Source of the DNA: Hyphochytrium catenoides
Lineage: Eukaryota > Protista > Hyphochytriomycota
Assembly: GCA_900088475.1 (NCBI GenBank)
Contig: FLMG01003436.1
Location: 1-64,000, forward strand
DNA length: 64,000 bases
Direction of reading: 5' to 3'
The notes below the pieces were generated by a model. It did not search any database, was not told the origin of the DNA, and saw nothing but the letters and a program-made list of their open reading frames with translations. This document shows, in pieces, positions 36,655-48,700 of the stretch. A program made the translations under genes and the position numbers. How positions within the stretch are numbered: position 1 is the first letter of the stretch; every line of letters begins with the position of its first letter.

Positions 36655-37653
36655 TTAAAAAGGAAGCGGATTATTGAGAGTGCGAAATGAAGCCACTGAA
36701 ACGAGCAAATCCAGTGTGCTTGCCGAAAGCGGGTCCAGGGGAAGTGCAGACCTGGAGGTGTTAGGTGTCAGATCCATTGCGTCATCCTTCCTGCTAGAGT
36801 CGTTTAAAGGAGGTATGAAACTTGAATCAGGGGAGATCAGGCTAGGCCCGTCATTGCCGAGACTGAGATCGAGATCTTGGACATCTAAGACTGGAACAAC
36901 TTGTTCAAAATCGTCGTCTTCACCAGCTTCTTCGATCAATTCCGTCAGTTCTGAAGCTTCCTGAATAAGCCCTTGTTCTGCTAGCTGTGCTATGGCAACT
37001 GCCTCACTCGTAGACCTCCGGGCAGCGTCCAGCATCTGCTGTCCAGCAATGAGTTCTCCAGCTAAAGAATCCGATCGCTGTAAGCTTCTGAGCTGCAATG
37101 CCGCACTCGTCTGAAATAAAGGGTTATCTTGCGGTGACCGTTCCTGTGTCAAAGTCTTCAATGACGCGAACGATTGAAGGGCGGGAAAGGGACTGACTGT
37201 TTGTTGAGGATCCGCCTGTCTACCATAGATGCTTGCTAAGACCGCCTGCTGAAGTTTTGTAGGGTCGAACGTCTTCTCTGTCACAGGTAATGATGCCCCC
37301 AGACTGTTGAGATTTACGAGGCCATTATTGGTTGGCTGAGCTACTCGCTCATAGATGTTGGCATCCTGAAAGAGCCCGGCCGCGTTGTGCAAACTATTAT
37401 CAACTATGAGATCTCCAGCTCTCGAGTTTACGCGATGTAAGCCCTGCATTCGGGCTGCAAGAAACATGCTCTCATAGGGAGCAAACCTGGCAGCCTTCGC
37501 TAGTTTACTCCGCCGACGGTCCACATTCCTTTGGGTCGCATTCGCTTGTTGTCTATGCTTCTCACAGAACCGGTGCAATTGGCCGTTCTTCTTTATGGCC
37601 CTCGGCTTTTTGCAGTTTCCCACACCGTAACTACAAAGAGAACTTTCGCCCAT
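36655..37653 (-). CDS. Intronless protein with an N-terminal oomycete-type C3H zinc-binding/basic domain; putative transcription factor
   Basis: CSYGVGNCKKPRAIKKNGQLHRFCEKHRQQANATQRNVDRRRSK followed by Q/S/acidic low-complexity sequence; 332-aa ORF. Confidence 0.8.
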   Translation of the reverse strand: MGESSLCSYGVGNCKKPRAIKKNGQLHRFCEKHRQQANATQRNVDRRRSKLAKAARFAPYESMFLAARMQGLHRVNSRAGDLIVDNSLHNAAGLFQDANIYERVAQPTNNGLVNLNSLGASLPVTEKTFDPTKLQQAVLASIYGRQADPQQTVSPFPALQSFASLKTLTQERSPQDNPLFQTSAALQLRSLQRSDSLAGELIAGQQMLDAARRSTSEAVAIAQLAEQGLIQEASELTELIEEAGEDDDFEQVVPVLDVQDLDLSLGNDGPSLISPDSSFIPPLNDSSRKDDAMDLTPNTSRSALPLDPLSASTLDLLVSVASFRTLNNPLPF

Positions 37654-40236
37654 ATTTGATGGACTCAGTCAGCGCTAGTGCACGTGCTCTTCGTTTGATG
37701 TCAAGTCCGGGTTTCCCCTATGGAGGCCCAACCAAGTCTATGGAAGTTCCTCGTATAAAGATTACTTCTGACTGAGAAGCAAATGCTGTCAGCCCAATCT
37801 TGCGATGCTAGCAGGCGTGAGAAGTGGAATGGACACGCAGCAGACGGCGGTAAAGTCAAATGTCAGCCGGCTTCTGCAAGAGCTCTTGCATCAACAATGG
37901 ACAATGGACAATGGGACTGCAGCAAGCACAGAAAGGAAGGAAGACTTCCAGCAGCTGTCCTGTTCCCTCTTTCTTACCCCTACCCAGACGAAGCTCGAGC
38001 AACTCATCAGGGTTGCACCACTGGTACAAGTAATTCTTAGCTTGTGACGAGACAGAATGAAGTGGTCTCAAGACAGAGCAATTGTAGAACCGTCAAGAAG
38101 AGAGCGCGAGACACGGAAACAATCTGTGTGTTTTTAGCCCGCATTGGTCCACTTTAGAATCCATCATGGGAGTGAGAAAGAATGGGGTGAACTGAGACAG
38201 GACAATCATGCATCAGCCGCTATTTGCAATTAGCACGCACTGGTACCATTGAAGTGAGTTGAAGTGAGCGGTATTCCAAAATAGAGCCTGCAAAATGCAC
38301 AATGTAAACCCTCTACAGTACAGTGTACAGTGTACGAAATTACAATACAGCATTGCAGGGGAGGGTAAACAAGCACTCAGCATTCAGGATGGTGAATCAA
38401 CTTTGACACCTCATAACCTTTCTGGAATGTTTCATTTCTCTGTCTTTTATCTAAGTCTGGATCACCTACTTGTATAAGGATTTAGAATCGAAGTATTCGT
38501 TGTTCTTTTCAATGAGGCGCATTGACAATGACTTCCAACACGTACGCTCACAATGCGGCCAAGCTCACTCACAAAAAACAACCCACCACTAGTGCTGCTG
38601 CGAGAGAAGAAGCTTCACTACTACCGGTAGAACAACTTCATCCCTCCAACTTCCTGTTGAATCTCTGGCGTCTTCCTCTGCTTCGTCGTCTACTTATTAT
38701 TTTTGATGATGACGAACACGATGACGATGAACAAGAAGAAGAAGAAGGTGAAAGAAGAAAAAGGCCATCTTCATTCACTCTGCTGACCATCCAACATATG
38801 TCATCAGCTAGTAGAAAGAGAGATAGATAGATAGCAACCAACAGTATCGGCGGGCGGGACCATTCCGACCCTTGTGGACGATGCCACGGCACGACTCATC
38901 ACTCGTCTCCTCTGTGCGGTGGCCTCCTATAAACTCTCTCAGCAGAAGTGATCTAGAAGTCGTGTTAACTGCTAATAGTAACAACAAACAGGAGGTAATA
39001 ACCACCCCCCCAGACTGATAGGTCGTATGAAGTTAAACCACAAGAAGGGTAGATTTCCCAGAAGGAGAGAGTGACTGACGGCCGTGATGGATGTAATATG
39101 GATCAGCGACGTATGAAGTAGCCAGGGCTCTTCAACTACTACTACTACTCGTGAGTGATTGTTGTATATTATTCTTCTAGGGCGCTACTATATCACCACG
39201 ATCCATGATGATGATGATGTTGAAATTACTTTACTTCTCATCACTCTGCAGCCTTTTTGTCGTCAGCCAGGAAGTGATAATGCTTTCAACTTCTTCTTGC
39301 CTCTTCCACTAGGAAGAAGGAGTCAACCTTAAACCTAATGTTGGCCGGTCTGAAGAGCGTCATTGTCATGGTCTGTTATTAGCAGAAGATGGAGTTTCGC
39401 TACTACCTACTGTGTAGCCTCACCTCTGACAATATTATTGCTATTTTCTATTCGTAACCCTTTCTGCCTTATTCGGAATCCATGGGACCTAGTCTGGCAA
39501 CCCAAGATAGTCGCCCTACCTCACAGAATTTCATAGTGTTATTGTGATTTCACCACACTCTAATACCTGGCGCTTATCTAGGGTGGCAGTATCTACCATT
39601 GAAAGACCTACAGTATTCGCCATTGGCTATTGGCATAGGGCCAGAGACTCTTCTATCCACCACTTGGCCCTTTGCAGAGAAAAAGAAGCTTTCTTCTGCT
39701 TCTGCTGTCACTTAGAAGTAAAGTGCCTTTGCTGTCACGCAGATCCTTCAGCAGAAGGTCGTACTCTTGACTTCAGAAAGAAGACCTCTCTGCGTGATTC
39801 CCTCATTGGCTAGAGGATTCCCATTGTTAGGAAGGCAACTGGCGTGGCCCAGACCTCTTAAGCTGACAAAAAGCTGCCTTGGGAAAGCGATCGGCCAAGA
39901 ACCTGCGCTTCCTAGCTTGAATCTGAATGAGCGCTACGTTTTGCCACTCTAAAGATTGTCAGGTTGCCAGGTTCATTATTGCTTAGACAACCTCCCATTG
40001 TTTCCTGAAGGATAGCATCTTAAGAGCTCCTCTAGACTCAGCAAGGATGTGGCAGCAATAACAGATGTTATGTCTCGATTCGTGGTGTCTGTGAACTATA
40101 AGCAGCAGTACTTGTAATAGCGATCTTAGTGGATGACGGGTAGGCAGGCCTTAAGTCTCTTAAGCACGAAGCAAGCTCGTGAAGATTGAGGGTTAAAAGA
40201 GGAAAAGGTACTATCCCAACCACTTTATAAAGGAAT

Positions 40237-43200
40237 ATGGGCTGGGAAGGAGAGCAAGAAGTTACCGAGGCTCTGGAAGCACTTCGAAAGAAGCCTTCAG
40301 CGACTACAGTCAAAGGTGTAGCGCAAGCGGCCATCAAGAATATAAGAGTAAGTCCCGCAAGACCTATGTGTCTCGTCTCTACGAGTACGAGACTTTTCTT
40401 ACTTCCATAATCATGTACAGGAGTATAAACGCGTTGTTCACGCTATTGAGCATTACCTGTGGAAAGCAAAGCCAGAGCAACGGCTACCAGGTAGGCGAAC
40501 ACCCTGGAGCATCCCATCTTGACGTAGACTGACGGTCGTTGCGTCCACCTCTAGCCATTCACTGCATGGATGCCATTTTCCACCAGGTACCATGCGCAGG
40601 TCGCGTGTGCTTCTGAGAGAGCAGCGGTCACTCAAAATTTCTTTATATAGGCTAAGAGCGCAGATCGGACCACGTACATCAAGAGGTTTTCCCTTCATCT
40701 TAGGCAAACGATGCAAGCAGCTCTCCAGATCCCCAAATCCCACCAGGTGGAGCTTATTTGTTTACTACCACTACTGAAAAAGAGATGTCAATGCAGTCAG
40801 ACTCAAGTTTCTCAATCAGGACTCGCTCAGAAGGACAATGAGGGAGTGGGTGAGGAAAGGCTACTACGATGACGACACCTTTATCGAAAACGGAGCCAGC
40901 GAGTACGTTCACGGACTCTTTGGCCTTGGCTTCACCAGCATTTTGCTATGCAAAGCTCACTTTATCTATCTAGGCTAATTGGTCCTGAGAATGACTCTGA
41001 GGAAAAGAAAGCGTCACCCCTGAGGGAAGGCGGCTTGGGTGCAGTGGGAACGGCTGATGCTGGAAAGAAAATCAATGATCTCTTGAACATATTGAAGAAG
41101 CAGAAAGAAGCGGCTGGGACTGCTGCAGTAACGTCGTCTAATGTGCCGACTACCAACATGCCAGTAGCCCCTATTGGCTCAGCGGAAGGACAGTCTGGGC
41201 CTCGTAATTACCAGCAGGCTGTAACACCAACGAAACAACAGCAGAACCTAGGTAGAGTAATGATCAGGATTCGTCCCTTTGACTTGTAACCTAATGCTCT
41301 TGGACGGCTATAGGACAGGCTTCAGATCTTCGCATTTCACGCCTATTTTCATTCTCATACCTCTATATCTGACAAACGGTTTCTGCAGTCCATGCGCCGC
41401 AACCTCCTGCTTGGCCTCCTGCGCCACCTTCAACTTCTGGTCCTCCCGTATGGCCGCACACAGCACACGCTGCTGGTGGTATGCAGGTTTCTGCCGCAGG
41501 TCCTTTTCCACCAACCCAGGCCCCCGGTCACCCTCAGCCTCCCGGAGCGTTCGCAGCTTCTGCTGCACAACAGCCTTTTCCTCCATCGCATGTGGGAGGG
41601 GCTAATGTGCACTCTCAACCCCCACCTCCTACAACTAGCTATGCGCAGAATTCAGGGGTGCCATACCCTCCACATCCCAGAGGAAGCTATGCCCAAACGC
41701 CAGTACCTCGACCTGGTAATTTTCCTCCCCATATGCTACCGATGGGTAGAGGCTATCCCCCTACACCGTCGCAAGGATCAGGACTTTACGGCCAGCTGCA
41801 AGGTCCAGGAACTTATCCACAGCATCAGACTGGTAGAAGTTATCCTCAGCATCAGCCGACCACTATGGATCGCCAGACTCCATCCTCGGGAGTGTACGCC
41901 CACAATCAAGTGCCAGGAGGAGGAATAGTCCATAACAAGCCTCCCGAACAAGGTCACCTTCAGAATGAAGGAGGGTCGGGAGGAGCGGTGTTTTCTCAAA
42001 CCCAAGGGGATAGAATTCCGACCTTGAAGACAACACTGCCGCCATCAGCCCCGTCAATGGAGAGCAAAAGTAAGATGAGCGTTAAACCAACATCTGAACA
42101 GAGAATACTAGAGATTGTTATAGGAGTGCAGCTAGTGGAACCTCTGTTTGGCACGCTCAGTACCTTTAGCAAAGTTAGCTGACGTCATGTGCCACCTGTC
42201 GTCCTTTGATTACAATTGATGTAGGACGATCCACTCGTTGGGGTCCCCGATCTTCAGATGCTGATAACAAAAGCCAGGCCGCTCCCCAGAACTCATTGCC
42301 CCAACCAAGTCAACCCCCACCCGTGACACCTCAACCCCCTCCGCTGACTCAAGCTCCGGGTCATTATGGTCCAGGATCCAATGGCGTCGGTCCGCAAGTT
42401 GAGGCACGTCCTCCCATGAATATGGAGCAGGACATTTGTAGAAATTTTCAGCGAGGGTCTTGCAAGTTTGGAGACAGATGCAGGTTGATCCCTTCTCCTA
42501 GTCCCAAAATCGCCTTTCTCTCTCCCATCTGTCAAATGAACTCTGCGCTCGCTCAATGGGAGGATAAATCGGCCTTCCGAGTGAGGCGGTACATCCATAC
42601 TGAGCCGTCGCTCACTAATGTAGCGGTGTCGTTTCCTCTACCTCGCTATTCCTCTTATGTGGTGTAAACGGCCCTTCTTGTCTTCTGGGATATTATTTTC
42701 CCCGGATCATAAGCCTTACTCAACCTACACCTTGTCCTTCCGATGAGCTACTGCATTTATAAATCTCCCTTTCGTCTGTGACAATATCCGTCTTGGTGCC
42801 TCTGTCAGATATCTGAACCTAGATGAATAAGGTAGACTTATCCTAACAAACTGCGTATGTGTATCAAGATATCTCCACCTGACGCCTGGTGAAGCTCCAC
42901 GCTCACCCAACTTTAGGAAGGGCATGCCCACCTCCAGCGACGGAGGACGACCACGAGCCACTGGCGACGAGGCCCTCAGAAAGACCAAGTTGTGTTCCTT
43001 GTTTCTCCAGGGAAACTGTCAATTTGGTCAGCGGTGCAAGTAAGTGTCAGTTGCGTAGTACTATTATTGCCTCTCAAGGCTGACGGTCTCCTTCCTCTAG
43101 CTTCGCACATGGGCAAGAAGAACTTAGGCGTCTGCCTAGCCGCCCTCCGTTCTCCCGCACACCATCAGTTGGTCCTTCCTCTTCTCCTTCCCCCACCAAT

Positions 43201-43872
43201 TGGAACAGTGGGAACAGTGCGGTTTACAACCAGGCCTATCCTTCCTCCTCACCCTCACCTCAGAATAATAGACAAAAAGAAGCAAAACCTGATAGAGATG
43301 CCCCTTTTCAATCTCCATACCACGCCTATAACGAACATAAGAAGCCTCCTGCTCCTCATGGTCCATATTCTGGGGACCTCAACGGTGGTGTAAGAGCTCC
43401 AGGATGGTATAATGGAGATCAGGGACCAGATAGGGAGAGGAAAGGTAATCAAAATGGACATCCAGCGGGGCCCGTTCCTCCTCCTCCCGTCATCACGAAT
43501 GCTGGCGGCTGGCGGCAGCAGCACCCTGCTGATAGACGCAGCCCATCAAAACCGCCTACTCAAGTGGGTTCTACTGCAGTCTCTACAAGTGCTACAACAC
43601 CTTCGGCTGGCGTCGCCAAGATTGGACAGACAGAGAGTAAGCCGCCTGTCCCTGTTCCCACTTTTCTGCACTACGATGATGATGAAGAGGAAGATGATGA
43701 AGACATTCCTATCAAGGAAGAAGGAGCTCCCAAAGTCACGTCACAACAAGGAAGTACCCCTCATGGAGTTTCTGCGGAGGCTACCCCTGCGGAAGGAGCC
43801 AAGGATACCAGCGATATGCCCTCTGAGTCCCCGACAGGCGCTGGACGAGTAAAGCGCCAGCGGAGGTTCTAG
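40237..43872 (+). CDS. CID (Pol II CTD-interacting domain, SCAF4/8-Nrd1 type) protein with a P/Q-rich region and two CCCH zinc fingers
   Basis: Spliced N-terminus PSATTVKGVAQAAIKNIR|EYKRVVHAIEHYLWKAKPEQRLP|AIHCMDAIFHQ|...YIKRF...|RRTMREWVRKGYY matches the CID pattern. Fingers CRNFQRGSCKFGDRC|RYLH and KTKLCSLFLQGNCQFGQRC|NFAHGQEELR. Ends RVKRQRRF-TAG. Confidence 0.85.
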
Positions 43873-44045
43873 CAAGTTCGTGTTTAGAGTTTAAACTCTA
43901 GTGTGACTCTGCCATCACCTCTAGTTTCACTTTGCCTCTCTTAACTATTTATAGGTATTCAATACAGTCAGACAAAAGACGATAGCAACCGTAGGGTAAG
44001 AGCTAACAACTCGACATATTGAGAGAACGTCTGGATGACTAACAG

Positions 44046-44859
44046 CTATAGACGACGGAGTCCCTTCTTCTTGGCCGCCTTCTGCTTCTCAACAAGAGCC
44101 TTTCCTTTGCTTGCTAACCCTGATAAATGGCTCGACTCGCCCAAAGGAGCATCACCGGCCTCAGACGCCTTCAGATCACCGCCCGATGGCGCTTTTGCCG
44201 CATGTACACTATGATGAAGCGTTGGCAACCAGCGTACAACATGAAAAGATTAGGAGCAATCGTAGGACGAGAAGATGATTGTGCTCCCTTTTGGAAACTG
44301 ACCTCGTCATGAGCTTCGCACGTCGTGCGTATTCGTCATAGCTTTCCATGAAAAACTTTCCTGCCTCATCATTCAAGGAGGATTCCGGGAAAGGAACAAT
44401 TAGTAAACAGTGGATGACCTGAAGGACATGCTTCAGAGTATTGTCCGGACTCCAATCTCTCTTGAGTGTGTTCACACAAATCTCTCCGGTTGTGGAGATG
44501 TTTGGGTGATATATCTTCGTCAAGAAGTAGCCTAAGGGTAGACAATCAGCTTGGTTAGCAACATCTTCATTAGCTCAGGTTCCACAGCGGGCAAGAATGC
44601 AAAGAAGTGACCGCAACAAGCTGGACTGCCTACCTTTAGGTGGAGCGTTCGGGAAGTCTCCGCCGAGGACCAGCTTCATCTTGAACACACCTCCCTCGTA
44701 GGGCGTCCCTACTGGGCCAGTCATCTCTGCCAAAATTTCTACCAAAGAATCTTCGTCATCCGGAACATACTTGACTCCCTCCGGTGGATCTCGTGCTAAC
44801 TCACGGATTTCTCTTTGAATCCTTAGAAGAACTTGTGGAGAAAGATTTTCCGAAGACAT
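44046..44859 (-). CDS. UBE2S: Ubiquitin-conjugating enzyme E2 S (UBC22-like), 3 exons
   Basis: [40 protein letters not shown] (catalytic Cys), [18 protein letters not shown], and the C-terminal KKKGLRRL tail typical of UBE2S. Confidence 0.96.
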
Positions 44860-45730
44860 CTGCAACGAAAGACATAAGTATATGAAGGCTGCCAAGTCTA
44901 CTAGGCCCGGGGGATTTGCTCCTACCGCAAGCTTTCTCTTGCTCATGGCAATCCAGGATCTAGACGTGAGTACTCAGCCTAGTCAGGGCATACACTAAGC
45001 CGAGGAGCGGCCCGGACCACGCACACACTTTAGCAGACCACTTGGTCTCTGGGAAATCGATGCCGTTCTTGGTAGTTTCTCAAACACCTTGGAGGGTAGA
45101 GAGTGTGAGGGATCCTTCTATACGATCTGACTACGTGGCAGAATGGTAACTGTAGCAATCTCTTCGTTCTGCCTCTCCCATCACCGCCGGGACATCATCA
45201 GCAGACGCTGCACTACAATGGTCTTCAATGACTGTAGAACTCGTAGTTCTCCGAGTCTGTAAAAGGCTCATCGAGAACACGCAGTTCTCTGTCTGCACTC
45301 AGCTGGCCCTGGATGGAGATTCGTAATCGGCCAAACCGTTAGGTGAGCCCCACTACGTTCCTCTAGTTATCATAGCCTAGATCCTTTGAAGATAATCACA
45401 GGATGATATTGGTTTCTGGAAGTGTTCGCAATGCGAAGGGGAGCGAAGGGAAGAAAAGCAGTGAGTGGCGCCACAGAAACTCTTGCGGCAGACGGTCAAT
45501 TGCGCGTCGTCGGAGATCTGATTCTCATCTCCGAATCTGCCGATGATGCACGCTGAAGGCCCGGACACCTGCCCACAAACTGACCAGCGTCGGCCATTGT
45601 ACTGCTCTGCAAGGCATCAATGCGCCGACCCAGATGCTAGATTATCCTAGAGAAGCTAGTTGACCCTTTCTTGTGGCCGCCCTTACCTGGCTGACCAAGG
45701 GGTCTGCTTCGAGACTACTGTGCAGGCATA

Positions 45731-48700
45731 ATGGGCAAGAGAGGGAAAGCTAAACAGCAGAGTCCTGCTGCAGAGGCTTGTGGGGTAGTTGGAAAACAGA
45801 AGTCTTCTAAGCTAAAACAGCCATCCGGAGCCAAAATGGAGGGTACGGGCAACTCAAAGAAGAAATCCTTATCACCGCCTAAAGGGGCCACTCAACCCGA
45901 AGTGCTGAGCACTGAGGAGTGGGCCTGCCCAACGTGCACTTTTCATAATGCTTCTGCGGCAGGTATCTGTAAAAAACCGCGTTTGCTACGTGCTTCATAG
46001 CACTAAACACTGATTAAAACCCTCCCATGGCCTGATAAGGAATCTGTGAGATGTGCGGAACAGCCAACCCAGATAGCACCACCTCTACATCTTCTGGAAC
46101 AAGTGAGATGTGGACCTGTCAAGCATGTACAATGAGAAATCGGCCCAATGCTCAGGTGTGCCACATGTGTGGGACGGTCAACCCTACCGCGAAGAACGTC
46201 GGGGTCCCTGCCACGTGGACGTGTCACACGTGCGGTAAGTGGAAAGAAGCAAACTACACTCTACCTCTCCCTGACCTGCATGACACTGAGCGTATCCTGG
46301 CCTAGGCTCCAGCGTTGAGCGGGCTGTCTGGTGTGGTGTTTGCGGTTCGCCGCATCAAGCAGCTATCTTGAGCAGAGAACTGGGCCTACTTAATGGAGCT
46401 ACGACTGACGAGCCTGAGCTTGGTACCTTGTTGACTCTGCATCTTGATGCTCACGACTGACTGAAGAATCTGACAATGTTCTCCCCGGCAGGCCTTGATT
46501 GTGAAGCTCTGACAGAGCTATACCGGAATAAGCAATACGGTCTACTATCGGTAAGAGTGGCATCGGGTGCTACTGCATACCTAGACGCCTTCCTGTCTTC
46601 TTCTAACTGTCCCCAAACGCACAAACCTAAGCCCCAAACATTGACGACTCACACTGAGTTGGTAGGACAAGCTGCAAAGTTTGGTGCAGGCTCTCACTAC
46701 GGAGGGCATAGGGTTACAGTCGAGCTTTCTTCTCGTTACGGGCCGGAATTCACAGCGGATGGCAATGCAGAAGAAGTGCGAGCAGTTCCTACCACTGCTA
46801 CGTGACTTGCTGATTGATCCTGAGACGCATGCCAAAGAAGTGGCCGTCGTCGCCCTACAGGTACACACCTGCTTAATATTTTGATGTTTTCTGGCCATTA
46901 TCAGCAGGTTTAATCTTCTGCCAAAAAGGTTCTCCGTCATATCATGACTAACAATACCAAGATTGCGGGAACAAAGTCAGACAATGAGACTTGGGTGGCT
47001 ACCATTGTACAGTCCCTGGCAAAGGCGGTAGATATAGCCACAAAGAGTCCCAGGATGCCAGAGCTGGTTCTTCGACAGTTCATCGAGGAGGCAATAAAAC
47101 TGCTGGGAGGGATCTCAGTACAGAGCAATTGCACCGCGCAGCTGGTCGTGGAATCCCAAGGGATTGACGTACTCCTCCATTTTATGACTAATTTTGAGTC
47201 TACGAATTGCCACACCAGTTCTTTGATGACGGCCGCAAAGCTCTTGGAGAAAATTTTGACCTTACCTCCGCGAAGCGCCTCAGGCTCCACCAGCCAGGTG
47301 ACAAAGATATATCTGATGGCTTACTACATTCGCTGATGTTACTTCCTTTCATTATTCTGTTCTTACAGGCTAGCGTAAATAAAGTAAGTCTTTGGCTACA
47401 AAAGCGCTCAACGGGGCTCGACTACTTGCTGTGGCATGAAAATGACAACGTCCGACAAACCCTTTTGCGGGTACTAACTGCCGGTGCAAAGGTGCTAGTC
47501 TTGGAAGAGCGAGACACTGGGAATCGCACACCCCAATGCCAGGAGTTCATCGCAGGCATTCTGCAATATCTGAACATGCTAACCCCAGAGCAATACCGGC
47601 ATTGTGGAGGGGCTTATGAGCTCCTTAACACAATGTGGAAATGGAATCCTCCTTCTCTCAAGCTGGTGTTCGGCGCAAACTTCATTAGGAAGACGATCGA
47701 CATTTTGCAATCATCAATCGCAGGGGACACGGAGGCAGTTTCCAGTCCAATCGTCTGCTTTCTAGCTGACCTCGCCGAGGTGTTTTTTCTCGCTTGGGCA
47801 GAAGAAAGAGAAGGATACGGAGGGACACCGGGGGCAGAACTCCCGTCCGATGACAGCGCCAAGGCATATTTCAAGGCTCTTATTGACGGCACGTTACCCG
47901 ATTTCATGTTCTCAGAAAAGCTTCTCCTGGCTTGCCTAGCGGCAGGAGCGAGTTCTGAACTCATTCAAACCCTAATTAAAGAAGGTGTTGACTGCAACGG
48001 TGAAGATGAGAGTGGCCTGGAACTACCTCTGGTGGTGGCCGCGAGATATTCTTGTCACGATGCACTGAAACTTCTTATCGACGGAGGTGCAAAAGTTAAC
48101 AAGAAGGGAAAGAGGGGCAGTCCGCTTGCCGTGGCGATAGAGAACGATAGACTGGACAATGTTGCTGCTTTGATGGATATGGGGGCAGGTGAGCTTTGTA
48201 CAAGCGTGTATCCTGGCAGAAATTTGACGTTTAACATTCTACTTCACACTCAATCCTTCCCAATAAATTCCGTGCGTCAATATAGACCTAAAGGTTACGG
48301 GTGAACTCCATCTTCGCGAATCTGACAAGCCACAGATATCAGCTTTGCTCCACTTGGAGCCCACGAAGGATAGCCGACGCGGACGAGATCTCTGGGTTTC
48401 AAGTTTGAAGGGATTGAGTGAGAACTCTCACTTTTTTGAAGCATATCAGTCAGATTACAGTGATGAGTCAATTGAAGATTCAGTAAGAGATCCTCCTTGT
48501 CGTTCTTATCTGTCTTCCCACGTCTTCTTGTCTCTCCTCTCTCACTTTTAGCGGTCTGCTAAAATTATTCTACGTCGCAGCACTACTTCAACGACTCATC
48601 CGGGGAGGAAGAGGAGTTATTTCCAGCATTTACTGTCTCTGATCTGATAGACGAGCTGAACGCGAGAGAACCAGATAGTGAGGATGAAGAGGAAGACGAC

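Noticed and set aside
39556-39570. Weak resemblance to an LTR tRNA-Met primer-binding site (AGGTATTAGAG on minus)
   Set aside because: Several mismatches, no LTR pair and no gag/pol remnants.
42583-42610. In-frame RRYIH inside the intron after CCCH finger 1, suggesting an alternative finger-completing exon
   Set aside because: Poor acceptor, wrong Cys-His spacing and a stop soon after; the AAG|ATATCTCCAC exon at ~42869 gives a canonical finger.
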